Assembly: GCA_965116875.1 (NCBI GenBank)
Contig: OZ220733.1
Span: 4,416,001-4,480,000, forward strand
Direction of reading: 5' to 3'
From: Candidatus Latescibacterota bacterium
GTDB taxonomy: Bacteria; Latescibacterota; UBA2968; GCA-2709665
Length of the DNA: 64,000 bases
Shown here: positions 19,393 to 29,580 of the stretch, in pieces
Layout: each line of letters begins with the position of its first letter
Numbering within the stretch: position 1 is the first letter of the stretch
The notes under the pieces: generated by a model
Databases searched by the model: none
Told to the model about the DNA's origin: nothing
What the model saw: only the letters and a program-made list of their open reading frames with translations
Program-made: the position numbers and the translations under genes

Positions 19393-20249
19393 GGCGGCTT
19401 CTCCCGTATTCCAACCCGGTTACGAAGGCAGAACCCAAGCGCGATGCCCAGCTTTTTCAGGTTGTTTACACGAATCGGATGATGGTACACGTTGTAATTA
19501 ACGGCTTCGATGCGGCTGAGAAGACGACTGTAGATACAACCCATGATTTCGGCCGCAAACAGGCTCTGGCGATCCTCTCTTGGCAGGCATTGCGCCGCTT
19601 TCCTGTAGTAGCTCCGCGCCCGATTGCACTGGAATCGCATCAGCTTCCGGAACCTGGATGTGGCGATTCCGTTGAAGAGGTCTTCTTCGGTGTAGTTGAA
19701 ACGCTGCAGGTCTTCCAGCGGGAGATAGATACGGTCTCTCTTTGCATCGGTCTTGATGTCCCGGAGGATGTTCGTAAGTTGCAGTGCAATCCCCAGATTG
19801 ACGGCGTAATCCCGGGATGCCCGCCTGGTGTAGCCGAAGATCTCAATGCATATCAGGCCGACAATGGAGGCGACGCGGTAACAGTACTCGTACAGATCGC
19901 CGAAGGTCTGGTAGCGGTTTTTCACCAGGTCCATCTCCACGCCGTCTATCAGCTTGAGAAAGTGTTCTTTCGGTATCTTGAAGCGCTTGAGCGCTTTGTG
20001 CAGGTTTACGGTAATCGGGTGCTTTGGCCTGCCGTCGAAGCAGGCGTGGGTTTCGGCGCGCCACTTCGCGAGATTTCGGGTGGCGGCTTCCGGCGATGCC
20101 GCGTCGTCGACCAGGTCGTCGGTGTGCCGGCTGAAGGCGTACGCGGCGAAAATGGCGTCACGCTTGGACCGCGGCAGAAAAACGAACGCGTAGTAAAAGT
20201 TGCTGCGCGCGTTTCGTACGAGCGCCGCTGTGTAGGATCTGATGTTCAT
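19389..20249 (-). CDS. hpnD: presqualene diphosphate synthase
   Basis: SNFYYAF, DDLVD, YCYRVAS, LQLTNILRD and RIYLP motifs. Confidence 0.9.
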   Translation of the reverse strand: MNIRSYTAALVRNARSNFYYAFVFLPRSKRDAIFAAYAFSRHTDDLVDDAASPEAATRNLAKWRAETHACFDGRPKHPITVNLHKALKRFKIPKEHFLKLIDGVEMDLVKNRYQTFGDLYEYCYRVASIVGLICIEIFGYTRRASRDYAVNLGIALQLTNILRDIKTDAKRDRIYLPLEDLQRFNYTEEDLFNGIATSRFRKLMRFQCNRARSYYRKAAQCLPREDRQSLFAAEIMGCIYSRLLSRIEAVNYNVYHHPIRVNNLKKLGIALGFCLRNRVGIREKPP

Positions 20250-21175
20250 AGGGTACGGATGCTGGAACTGTCGCGAACACGCGGGTTCCTGAAGAGGGCT
20301 CGGAAGAACAGGCCTGGAAGTTCCCGTTTTTCAATTTTCGGACGACAGTTGAATACGTCGCATCCGCCCGTAAGGAGCTTGTCCAGAATTCGCATCCCGC
20401 CCAGCCAGGTGAGTCGAAGTTCGTATTTGAGGCGGCCGGAGACCAGATCCGGCAGTTCGGCGCCCCGTCGAAAGAGCATCCTCGTTCGTTCGATTTCGCA
20501 GGCCAATAATGACCTGAAGCCGTCGGTAGCGCGGCCGTGTGCCAGGTCGTCCTCCGTAACGTCGAAACGGTCCATATCGTCCTGGGGCAGGTAGATACGA
20601 CCTCGGGAATAGTCAATTGCAATGTCCTGCCAGAAGTTGGCCAGTTGTAGCGCCGTACAGATCCGATCGGAAAGCAATCTGCGGCGCTCGTCCGTGTAGG
20701 AAAACAGGTGCAGAATGAGGCGCCCCACCGGAGCAGCGGAATACCTGCAATAGGACAGCAGATGGTTGAAAGTCCTGTGCCGCTGCGTGACGACGTCCAT
20801 CTTGAATGCGTGGAGCAGATCGTGCAGATGCCGGCGGGGTATATGCCGCGATCGGATCGTTTCTCCGAGGGCGGTCAGTATGGGGCCTTCCGGCGCGACC
20901 GTGCAGGACGCGAGTCTCGCATCCCACTCATCCAGCCGCTGCGTGCGTTCGGCCGGAGCCAGGCCGGGTTCGTCCGCAAGGTCGTCGGCGGTACGCGCGA
21001 AGGCATAGATGCTGTACACGTGGGGCCGTATCCCGGCGGGAATCATACGGGATCCCACCGGGAAGTTTTCATAGTGACTGCGCGTAAGGGCTTCGCAATA
21101 GGCGAATGCGTCATCGAGTGACGTCGTCGCGCGTAAGCCGGATGACGCGGCGGCCCGATCTGCAGAGGTTCCCAT
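20246..21175 (-). CDS. hpnC: hydroxysqualene synthase (squalene synthase HpnC)
   Basis: HYENFPVGS, FARTADDLAD, YCRYSAAPVGRL and LQLANFWQD motifs. Confidence 0.92.
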   Translation of the reverse strand: MGTSADRAAASSGLRATTSLDDAFAYCEALTRSHYENFPVGSRMIPAGIRPHVYSIYAFARTADDLADEPGLAPAERTQRLDEWDARLASCTVAPEGPILTALGETIRSRHIPRRHLHDLLHAFKMDVVTQRHRTFNHLLSYCRYSAAPVGRLILHLFSYTDERRRLLSDRICTALQLANFWQDIAIDYSRGRIYLPQDDMDRFDVTEDDLAHGRATDGFRSLLACEIERTRMLFRRGAELPDLVSGRLKYELRLTWLGGMRILDKLLTGGCDVFNCRPKIEKRELPGLFFRALFRNPRVRDSSSIRTL

Positions 21176-21275
21176 ACGTAAAAGATAATTGATAAGTATC
21201 GAATTCGCCAGAACCAGGCGCCCGGGGGAAGGGTACCGGATTCAATTTCAAATTTCGGCAAGAGGCGACATACGG

Positions 21276-21887
21276 ATGGCAAAGCAGAGACGAACACCAT
21301 CGGGACCACGAGTCATACCACCGGCGCACGGTGAAGAACGCGTTCATCAGGCTCACGTCTATTACGGTTACGGCAAGGGCAAGACGACATGTTGCGTCGG
21401 GCTGTCAATCCGTGCGGCCGGGGCCGGGAGGAAGGTAGCCCTGGTGCAGTTCGACAAGGGGTACGACGGAGAGACAGAGCACTATTCCGAACGCCACGTC
21501 CTGAGGCGGATTGACGGGATCGAGTTGCATCCGACCGGATGTGAACGAATGATGCCGGACGGCTCGTTTCGATTCGGGGCGGAGCCCCGGGACATTGAGG
21601 AAGCGCGGCGCGGACTCGAAACCGCCCGCCGGCTGCTTCGGAAGGGCGCTCAGGATCTGCTGATTCTGGACGAGATTCTCGCAGCGGTCGCCTATGGTCT
21701 GCTGCGGCCGGAGGACGTGATGGGCCTGCTCGATCTGTACGACGAGGAACGCCGGTGCGAACTGGTGCTGTCAGGCCACAAGGTCTGGGACGCGCTTGTT
21801 GAACGCGCAGACCTGGTGACGGAGATGCGCAAAGTCAAACACTATTACGCCAGGGGGGTACCGGCGCGTGAAGGCATCGAATTCTAG
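21276..21887 (+). CDS. btuR: ATP:cob(I)alamin adenosyltransferase (CobA/BtuR type)
   Basis: YYGYGKGKTT P-loop, LILDEI, ADLVTEMRKVKH and AREGIEF motifs. Confidence 0.88.
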   Translation: MAKQRRTPSGPRVIPPAHGEERVHQAHVYYGYGKGKTTCCVGLSIRAAGAGRKVALVQFDKGYDGETEHYSERHVLRRIDGIELHPTGCERMMPDGSFRFGAEPRDIEEARRGLETARRLLRKGAQDLLILDEILAAVAYGLLRPEDVMGLLDLYDEERRCELVLSGHKVWDALVERADLVTEMRKVKHYYARGVPAREGIEF

Positions 21888-22027
21888 TGTACCATGGCCT
21901 GGACCTGATACCGGTCGTACGAGTACGGCGCGTATCCCGTATTGCCGAGGGTACAGGAAAAGTGTTTGTTTCGTCCTGACCGTGCAATTATCTTGAGGTC
22001 GCAACGCATGATGCGCTTTGTCGATAG

Positions 22028-22067
22028 AAAACAGACCCCCGGATCCGCGTTCCAGAGGTCTGTTTTT
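22028..22067 (+). terminator. putative (bidirectional) rho-independent terminator
   Basis: AAAACAGACC/GGTCTGTTTT 10-bp stem with a 19-nt loop. Confidence 0.5.
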
Positions 22068-22116
22068 GGTGTATCGCGACTCATACCCGTAATTGAATGA
22101 CTGGGGATGCCGGCTG

Positions 22117-24516
22117 ATGCGGAATAAGAACCTGTTTCACACGGGTCGAGTGAAGATCATCGGATCCGCCCCGCCCAACCTCGCGTGCCTGTGGGACGGG
22201 AACATCGAAACCGCCGTAAACTGGTCGCAGGTGTCCGGAGAATGCGGGTTCGACGTCCGGTTTGACGGATCCGTCGTGTGCCGGGTGGTGGTGCTGAGAT
22301 GGAAGGCGATGCCCGCGGATTACGATCTCGCCGTTCGCCGGTCCCACAGGTGGCAGGTGCAGGATTCGATTCGAAACAACGTCGTCATCGGGCCCAGGGT
22401 GAAGCTCCATTTGCTCGACGACGTCCGGACGGACGGGCTGCGCGTCCGGATTGCACGTTCTGTCAGTGAAGACCTGCACGGCAGAAGGGCAAACCCGGGT
22501 GAGGAGGTCGCCCTGTACGGGGTGGAAGCGTACGCGGCGGACCGGCTTCCGTCATACATTCAGGCATTTCTGAATCGGGACACGCCGAGGCTGGGGTCCA
22601 CGTCGGGCGATCTGTCGAAACGCAACCATGAGACGCCGGACCCTTCTCTTCTGGATGTCGAGGTCCCCGCCTGGGCGCCGATTCCGAAGCGTCTCTACAA
22701 CGGGCAAGAGACCGGGCGGGCGGTCAACGAAAAGGATTCCGCGAGACGGACGATGCTTCAGGGGTGCGCGGGCGCTTTTGCACGGACCGGCGACCTGCGA
22801 TTTGCGTTGAAGGCGCGGGAGGTACTGCTGGCGAATCTGGACCATTACGACAGGTACCAGTCGTTTCGGTTTACAGGAATAGCCTGGAAGGCCGTCACCT
22901 TTCAGGATCCGGCGTACAACCTCAGGGAGATGATGGCGTCGTACGACATGCTCGTCGCTTTGCCGCTCCTTGAGTTGCGCGACCGCATGCGTTTTCTCTT
23001 CTTTCTGCTGGACCTGGGTGAGTTCCAGTACCTGGCGATGCGGGACCGTTTCGAGGCACGGGAAAACTGGGCGTCGTGTTCGCTGGCCGAGATGGTCTTT
23101 CTGGCTTACTATCTGGAGGATTTCCCAGAGGTCGGTCGCTGGTTGAAGCTGGCCGACGAGCGATACGGGTCCTGTTTCGAACCCTTTCTGGACGACGGAT
23201 ACTGGTGGGAATGTTCGCCTTCGCACTCGGTTTATATGATCAGGGGCATGTGCAGGTACGCGCTGGGCAAACATCTGATCGGGGATCCGGTCTGGTCGAA
23301 GGCGTATCACGGTAAATCGCTGGCGTACGTGTTGGAGGCGCTGTGCAAGACGCTTACGCCCTTCGGGGAAGTGCCCTCCATCAACGACTCCAACGGAAAC
23401 GACGGCCATCTGCTCACGGACTATCCGGAACTCCGGGTCCCGCTGTACCTGATCGGCCGCGGGGATCTGTTGCGGATGGCAGGGGATTCAGGAATCGCGC
23501 CTTCCATGCCCGGCGTGGAGTTAAGGCCGGTCCCGCAGGAAGACCCTCCCTATACCTCTGTGATGTTGCCCGACGCAGGCTTGGCGGTGATGCGGGACGG
23601 ATGGTCGAAAGACGACGCGTATCTGATTCTTGATTTCGGGCCGCACGGAGGCGGGCACGGACACCCTGACAAGCTGAGCTTCGTTATGTTCGCCAACGGG
23701 CACCACTGGATTCCGGATGCGTCGAATTCGCCGCATTATTCCATCTTTCCGGAACAGTACACCTGGCACAAGCAGACCATTTCGCACAATACCGTGCTGG
23801 CGAATCACGGGAGTCAGAACGAATGCACCGGTCAACTCGTGTTCTGGCATACCGATGACGACGTCGATATGGTCTGTGCGTTCCACGACGAGGGCTATGA
23901 AGGCCTGGTGCACCGGCGTACGATCGTTCATCCCCGGCACGGATATTTCCTCATCCACGACGAGCTTCGCGCCGAAGCGAACGGATTCGAACTGGATTGG
24001 CTCTTGCACGTCTATGGCGAGGTCGAGTCGCAGGCGGCAGGCAGGGTGTGTTTCAGCAACGGCAGCGGGAAACAGCGTCTGTTGTGGTGTTCCGAGGATA
24101 TTGGAACCACGCCCATGGCCGCTTCCCGCGGCCTCTGCGGCGGGTTCCGGAAACAGGACTGGACCGGTCGCGGGTACCCGCCGAAAGGGGGGCCGGGCTG
24201 GGTCTACATCCCGTATTTCCGGCTGCCGGCCCGGATCGAGCCGGGTGGCGGGCGCGCCGAGTTTTTTTCAGTTCTCTATCCGTTTGCGGGAGACGTACCG
24301 GATGTGGCCTTCGAACGCGTCGGCGACAGGCGGGGGCGGGCGTCCGGAATCAGAATCAGCTTCAATGGGCTTGTGGATTTCTATGCCGGCGCCGATTCCC
24401 TCTACGACGCGGGGCGGGACGGCGACTTCAGGTGCGGGGGCCTGACCGGACGCTGCAAAGCCGTATTCGAGCGGCGCGATGGCGCGGATCTGGTCTTTCG
24501 GAAGGAATGTGACTGA
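22117..24516 (+). CDS. heparinase II/III-family polysaccharide lyase-like protein
   Basis: DDGYWWECSPSH, PSINDS, AGLAVMRDGW, GHGHPDKLSF and TISHNTV motifs; no signal peptide; start uncertain (22093 or 22117). Confidence 0.8.
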   Translation: MRNKNLFHTGRVKIIGSAPPNLACLWDGNIETAVNWSQVSGECGFDVRFDGSVVCRVVVLRWKAMPADYDLAVRRSHRWQVQDSIRNNVVIGPRVKLHLLDDVRTDGLRVRIARSVSEDLHGRRANPGEEVALYGVEAYAADRLPSYIQAFLNRDTPRLGSTSGDLSKRNHETPDPSLLDVEVPAWAPIPKRLYNGQETGRAVNEKDSARRTMLQGCAGAFARTGDLRFALKAREVLLANLDHYDRYQSFRFTGIAWKAVTFQDPAYNLREMMASYDMLVALPLLELRDRMRFLFFLLDLGEFQYLAMRDRFEARENWASCSLAEMVFLAYYLEDFPEVGRWLKLADERYGSCFEPFLDDGYWWECSPSHSVYMIRGMCRYALGKHLIGDPVWSKAYHGKSLAYVLEALCKTLTPFGEVPSINDSNGNDGHLLTDYPELRVPLYLIGRGDLLRMAGDSGIAPSMPGVELRPVPQEDPPYTSVMLPDAGLAVMRDGWSKDDAYLILDFGPHGGGHGHPDKLSFVMFANGHHWIPDASNSPHYSIFPEQYTWHKQTISHNTVLANHGSQNECTGQLVFWHTDDDVDMVCAFHDEGYEGLVHRRTIVHPRHGYFLIHDELRAEANGFELDWLLHVYGEVESQAAGRVCFSNGSGKQRLLWCSEDIGTTPMAASRGLCGGFRKQDWTGRGYPPKGGPGWVYIPYFRLPARIEPGGGRAEFFSVLYPFAGDVPDVAFERVGDRRGRASGIRISFNGLVDFYAGADSLYDAGRDGDFRCGGLTGRCKAVFERRDGADLVFRKECD

Positions 24517-24612
24517 TCGCCGCCGCGCGCCGGGCACCCTTGGATGCGCCGTCGGGCTGCGGCTGACGAAAACCGGTCTTGCCAATGCCGGAACCGAACA
24601 CCGGGGAGGAGG

Positions 24613-25413
24613 GTGCGCATTTTGAACGACGAACACGTCTTTGGTGGGCTGGACGGCCGCCGTCGGTCGCGAAAACCCCGGGATGTGGGGTTGACCATGG
24701 TGGTGGACTGGGGTCTTGGGTCGGGGGCGCAGTCTGATCTTATAGAGACCGCGGCCCCCTTTTTTGATTTCGCAAAGGTGGCCGTTGGGATTTCGAGGCT
24801 GCTGGCCGGCGAATTGCTCAAAGCGAAAATCAGGGACTATCTGAAGCATCGTATCGAACCGTTTCCGGGAGGGCAGTACCTGGAGTATGCCGAGGTGCAC
24901 GGCACGGCCCACCTGTATCTTCCCGCCGTGGCGGAAGCAGGGTATCGTTGGGTGGAAGTGTCGGACAATCTCGCCGCGGTAACGCACAGATGGAAGTTGA
25001 AGATGATCCGTGAGGCGGTGGAAGTCCACGGGCTGACGGTGCTGGGCGAAGTGGGGCAGAAGGAGGGGCTGGATGCGGGCATCCCCATGGCCGACGACGT
25101 GAAGGCGTGTCTCGATGCGGGGTCCCATGTCGTTCTGCTGGAGGCGGCGGAACTGGTGGACGAGGATGCCGGCACGGCGCGGCAGGTTGAGCAGGCCGTG
25201 GAGGCGGCCGGTCTGGATAAAGTCATGTTCGAATTGCCGGGACCATGGATAGAGGGCGTGCATCCGCACGACGTCCACCGGATGCGGCGGACCCTCGTCG
25301 ACCGGTACGGTCCGGAGGTGAATCTGGGCAACGTGCTTCCGGATGATCTGATGACGCTGGAAGCCTATCGCCGGGGATTGGGCGTCAACGCGGGAAGCCA
25401 GGAGGTGGAGTGA
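24613..25413 (+). CDS. comA: phosphosulfolactate synthase (ComA) family protein, divergent
   Basis: KPRDVGLTMVVDWG, FPGGQYLE, VEVSD, GEVGQK, VMFE and GPEVNLGNV...LEAYRRGL motifs. Confidence 0.8.
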   Translation: MRILNDEHVFGGLDGRRRSRKPRDVGLTMVVDWGLGSGAQSDLIETAAPFFDFAKVAVGISRLLAGELLKAKIRDYLKHRIEPFPGGQYLEYAEVHGTAHLYLPAVAEAGYRWVEVSDNLAAVTHRWKLKMIREAVEVHGLTVLGEVGQKEGLDAGIPMADDVKACLDAGSHVVLLEAAELVDEDAGTARQVEQAVEAAGLDKVMFELPGPWIEGVHPHDVHRMRRTLVDRYGPEVNLGNVLPDDLMTLEAYRRGLGVNAGSQEVE

Positions 25414-25416
25414 ACG

Positions 25417-26601
25417 ATGAGACTCGAGGATGCCGGCATTGAGATCGATGACGAGTTTCCGTGCGGCAGCGCGGGTGAGATGCGTATCACGACCGACGGC
25501 CGCTATGAGATCGGCTACCAGCCCGAGGAGATTCCACGGTGGTTTCAGGACCTGCTGGATGAGTTGTTCGACGGGGCGGGTGTCCCAAAGGAGTACATGG
25601 CCCATGTGCGCGTACGCAACACGGGCGATGCCCCGCGGCGCGCGAAGCTCCGGTTTCTGCTGAGCCGAAAGGGCTCGAATTATATGTACCCGCCGTGGTG
25701 GGTGTGGCGGGAAGATAGTGGTTGGGCCTGGCTGCCGCCGGAAGACACGGACTATCGCGAACACGAGTATATGGACGCGCAGGTTGACGTTCGACCGGGG
25801 GAAGCCGTTCGAATCGCCTCGGCGCCGTATGAGACACCGGATGCGGTACTGGAGAAGGCGCGCCGGCTGGCGGAAAGTTCAGACGTCTGGACATACCGGG
25901 AGATCGGGACGTCCGCGCAGGGTCGGCCCCTTCCGGTTCTCGAGTCGCCGCCGCGCGAACTGAAGCTTCTTGTGGATGCGACCATGCAGTCCTGTGAGCC
26001 GGTTTCGTGGGGGATCATGCACGTCGCCCACTGGTTGACCATTCCATCGGCGCGGGCGCAACGGCTTCTGGAGAATGTGCAGTTCTGCCTCTTGCCGATG
26101 ATGAATCCGGATGGCGTCTTCGTGGGCCACAGCGTGACAAACGCGGTCGGGGAGGTGCCCAAGTTCGGGATCAACAACCTCGTTGAGGGCAGGGGCGCGG
26201 CCAGGGAAACCGAGGCACTCTGGAAGTACCTGCTGGACACCCGGCCGGATGCCGCGATCGAGGTGCATGCCCACTTCACCCGGGCGGGATTCACCCGGAG
26301 TATCGGAATGCACGACAAGGAGGCCCTGCCCCGTCATCTGCGAGAAAAAGGCGCCGTCATCGAGGCGTCGATCACGGAGAATTATCACACCCCGCCGCTC
26401 GAGAACCGGCGGGTACTGATCGACCCTCGAGAGCCGGAGCTCAACGTATATGGCGACAGGTACGTGAGCGAGCATGCGGGTACGATCCGGACGTTTCTTC
26501 AGGCCGTCCCCGACAGCATCGAGTCCCATTGCGCCGACGTAAGAGAAATGACGGAAACAATCGGGAACGCCCTGATTTCGTGGAAGACGCCCCACACATA
26601 G
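25417..26601 (+). CDS. M14 zinc carboxypeptidase-like protein (atypical Zn motif)
   Basis: IGTSAQGRPL, QSCEP (in place of HxxE), PMMNPDG and IEVH motifs. Confidence 0.7.
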   Translation: MRLEDAGIEIDDEFPCGSAGEMRITTDGRYEIGYQPEEIPRWFQDLLDELFDGAGVPKEYMAHVRVRNTGDAPRRAKLRFLLSRKGSNYMYPPWWVWREDSGWAWLPPEDTDYREHEYMDAQVDVRPGEAVRIASAPYETPDAVLEKARRLAESSDVWTYREIGTSAQGRPLPVLESPPRELKLLVDATMQSCEPVSWGIMHVAHWLTIPSARAQRLLENVQFCLLPMMNPDGVFVGHSVTNAVGEVPKFGINNLVEGRGAARETEALWKYLLDTRPDAAIEVHAHFTRAGFTRSIGMHDKEALPRHLREKGAVIEASITENYHTPPLENRRVLIDPREPELNVYGDRYVSEHAGTIRTFLQAVPDSIESHCADVREMTETIGNALISWKTPHT

Positions 26602-26670
26602 GCTGCCGGAAGGAGAACCGCGTCGCGCGTCTCGGAAGACCGGGCACGGGTTCATCACGAGGAGAAGAAC

Positions 26671-27462
26671 ATGAAAATTGGTGTAACGCAGATCATTCTG
26701 GGCCGGTTTTCGCTGGACGAAACGCTGGAGCTGTGCGGGACAGCCGGATACGAGGCGCTGGAGCTCGTGTTCAGCGAAGGCGGCGATCCGGATGTGAATA
26801 TGAGCGACGACGAAATACGGTCGACACGCCGGAAGTGCGAAGCCGCCGGACTCGAAATCGGCAGTTCGATAGCGCAATATGCGGATCGGGGAAACTTCCT
26901 CAGCCTGCATTCGAATCACCGCGAGCAGGGCGTCCGGTGTCTCGCCCGGTCCATTGAAATCGCGCATGTTCTGGGAACCGACGCTGTGCTGTTGCACCCC
27001 GGCCAGCTCACTGCCGAAGGAACCTATGAACAGGCCTGGGACCTGATGCTGGGCGCGCTCCGGGACCTGGCGCCCCTGGCCGAGGAGAAGGCCGTGTCCG
27101 TGGGCATCGAGAATGTCTGGAACAAGTTCCTCTTGAGCCCGCGGGAGATGGCGGCGTTTGTGGACGCCGTGGGAAGTCCCCGGGTGGGAACCTATCTCGA
27201 CACCGCGAACATGATGGCCTACGGCTATCCGGAACACTGGATTCGCGGTCTTGGGAGTCGCATCGTACGCGTGCATTTCAAGGATTTCAGCCGCAGCGAA
27301 CACCGATTCGTGGATCTCCTGGACGGAGATACCGATTGGCCCGCGGTCATGGCCGAACTGCGCGCCATCGGATATGGTTCTCCGGTCGTACACGAGGTTT
27401 CGGGAAATCGCGAGGCGCAGATCGAAACGGCGAGACGAATGAGGACGATCGTGGCGATGTGA
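26671..27462 (+). CDS. sugar phosphate isomerase/epimerase (xylose isomerase-like TIM barrel)
   Basis: IENVWNKFLLSP, YLDTAN, VHFKDF and GDTDWP motifs. Confidence 0.88.
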   Translation: MKIGVTQIILGRFSLDETLELCGTAGYEALELVFSEGGDPDVNMSDDEIRSTRRKCEAAGLEIGSSIAQYADRGNFLSLHSNHREQGVRCLARSIEIAHVLGTDAVLLHPGQLTAEGTYEQAWDLMLGALRDLAPLAEEKAVSVGIENVWNKFLLSPREMAAFVDAVGSPRVGTYLDTANMMAYGYPEHWIRGLGSRIVRVHFKDFSRSEHRFVDLLDGDTDWPAVMAELRAIGYGSPVVHEVSGNREAQIETARRMRTIVAM

Positions 27463-27520
27463 CTGCGATTGCCGTTGCAGTTGAAGATCCACTGTAATGA
27501 TGGGGTTTGAAGGAGCATCG

Positions 27521-29533
27521 ATGGCTGAACCGGACAGGATTTCCTCACGGGGTCTGGCCCGGCTGGCGAGAAGTCCCGTGGACGTCGCAGTCGAAGACAG
27601 GGGAACGACTGTACGGGCGCTGATTTTCGGGCTGTGTCTGTCCCTCGTCATCAGCGTTCTGGGAAACGTCGTACGGTATATTCTCCACTCATCATTTATG
27701 GCGTACAGCCATATGCCAATGGGCAACCTGATTGTCTGGCTGCTGTCGATCCTGCTCTGTGCGGCGCTGGCAAAAGTGTTCGGCCGAAGGTTCGTGTTTT
27801 CACCCAGCGAATGGATCACGGTCTTCGCAATGGGGTTTATCGCTTCGCTGGGGCCCACCTACGGCGTTAGCGGCTATCTCGTGGGTGTCATCGTGACACC
27901 CTATTATTTCGCCACACCCGAAAACCGCTGGGCCGAATTCCTGCATCCGTACCTCCCGGAATGGATGATCCCAACCAACAAGGACGGGGCAATGACCTGG
28001 TTTTACGACGGGTTGCCCCATGGCGCCCCCATTCCGTGGGAAGCCTGGACGATGCCCCTGTTCTGGTGGTTTACGTTCGTCTGTGCGGTCGCGCTTGCGT
28101 GTCTGTGCGCGTCGGTGATCATCCACAGGCAGTGGTCCGAGAACGAGAAGATCGTGTTTCCCGCGATGGAACCCATCGTGGAGATAGCGGCAAACGCAGG
28201 CAAGGGCAGAAGCTGGCTCCCCGAATTCATGACCGGCAAGGCGTTCTGGACGGGATTCGGCATCGTCTTTTTTGTGTTCAGTTGGAATATCATCGGGTGG
28301 TTCAAACCGGGTTTCCCCGTTTTTCCAACGGCGAGGGGGACCTGGATACCGCTGGGGCAGGCCTTCCCGCCGCAGTGGATTTTCGTAAGCACGGTCGTCA
28401 TCTGTTTTTCCTATTTCGCCAGCCTCGAGGTGTTGTTCAGTCTCTGGTTTTTTGACCTGGTCTTCATTTTCGAGGGCGGATTCCTCAACCGGCTCGGCGT
28501 CGAGGCGATTTCACCTCACTATATGACGGGTCGCTACGGCTGGCAGACGGCGGGCGCCTTCGTCGGAATTGCCGTCTGGTGGCTGCTGGTATCCCGGACG
28601 CATCTCTGGCAGGCGTTTCGCAAGGCGCTCCGGCCCGATCGCAGCCCCATCGACGACCGTCGGGAACTGATATCCTATCGTGGGGCGTTTATCTGGCTGG
28701 GCATCTCCACGGCTTATACGGTCGCCTGGCTGTCCCAGGCGGGAATGGACCTCAAGATTATCTGTCTCCTGATTCCCACCATGTTCCTGATCTATTTCGG
28801 CGTGGCTAAAATACTGGCCGAGACGGGGCACATATATATTGGATCGGCGACCAGGGGATGGGAGCTGGCGGCGGCGGCGCTCGGCGGCGCCAGGGCCGTT
28901 CCCGCCGCCACCCACGCGGTCATGTACCCTGCGTCGGTATCCATCAACCACTTTCGCGCGTACACGTTTTCTCTGGGGATGCACCTGAATCGGCTGGGAG
29001 ACTTTCTTACCGGCGGGCACAGGGGGTTCTTCGGCGGCGTTTTCGGCGCGTTTGTCGTGGGTGTCGTGGGGTCCACGCTGTTTACGGTCTGGCTGGGATA
29101 TACGATCGGCGGGTACAACTTCCAGCCAAACTGGCTGATCATTCGCGCGGGCGTGGGGGGCTATCAGCGGGGCGTGAACGATATTCTCTCGCCCGAGCCG
29201 ACCGAAGTGGAGGACTACTGGTTCTTCCTGGCCGGCTTTATCGCCATGATGGCGTTGAATCTGCTGAGATACCGCCTCAGCTGGTGGCCGGTCCATCCGG
29301 TGGGATTCGCCATCTCGGGCGCGTGGCTGACGCGGCTGACGAGTTTCACGCTGTTTCTGGCGTGGCTGGTGAAGTTCATTCTGTTAAAGCTGGTCGGCGC
29401 CGGATTCTACAGGAAGTCGCGTCCGTTCTTCATCGGTGCGCTGACGGCATATATCCTGGTTACAACGCTCGGGTTGATCGTGGACGCCGTATTCTTCGGA
29501 AAACAGGGGCACACGCTCCACAAATGGTATTAG
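27521..29533 (+). CDS. DUF6785/DUF6784-type polytopic membrane protein (putative transporter), paralog 1
   Basis: YFATPENRW, RQWSENEKIVFP, LEVLFSLWFF, WWPVHPVG and RPFFIG motifs; many TM helices. Confidence 0.75.
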   Translation: MAEPDRISSRGLARLARSPVDVAVEDRGTTVRALIFGLCLSLVISVLGNVVRYILHSSFMAYSHMPMGNLIVWLLSILLCAALAKVFGRRFVFSPSEWITVFAMGFIASLGPTYGVSGYLVGVIVTPYYFATPENRWAEFLHPYLPEWMIPTNKDGAMTWFYDGLPHGAPIPWEAWTMPLFWWFTFVCAVALACLCASVIIHRQWSENEKIVFPAMEPIVEIAANAGKGRSWLPEFMTGKAFWTGFGIVFFVFSWNIIGWFKPGFPVFPTARGTWIPLGQAFPPQWIFVSTVVICFSYFASLEVLFSLWFFDLVFIFEGGFLNRLGVEAISPHYMTGRYGWQTAGAFVGIAVWWLLVSRTHLWQAFRKALRPDRSPIDDRRELISYRGAFIWLGISTAYTVAWLSQAGMDLKIICLLIPTMFLIYFGVAKILAETGHIYIGSATRGWELAAAALGGARAVPAATHAVMYPASVSINHFRAYTFSLGMHLNRLGDFLTGGHRGFFGGVFGAFVVGVVGSTLFTVWLGYTIGGYNFQPNWLIIRAGVGGYQRGVNDILSPEPTEVEDYWFFLAGFIAMMALNLLRYRLSWWPVHPVGFAISGAWLTRLTSFTLFLAWLVKFILLKLVGAGFYRKSRPFFIGALTAYILVTTLGLIVDAVFFGKQGHTLHKWY

Positions 29534-29580
29534 CGCGATGGCGGGCGGTATTTCCTTTCACGCAAGTCGAGGGCTGATCC

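Noticed and set aside
21176-21275. Cobalamin riboswitch upstream of btuR
   Set aside because: The spacer is only ~100 bp and lacks the B12-box and GCCACTG elements; GGGAA alone is insufficient.
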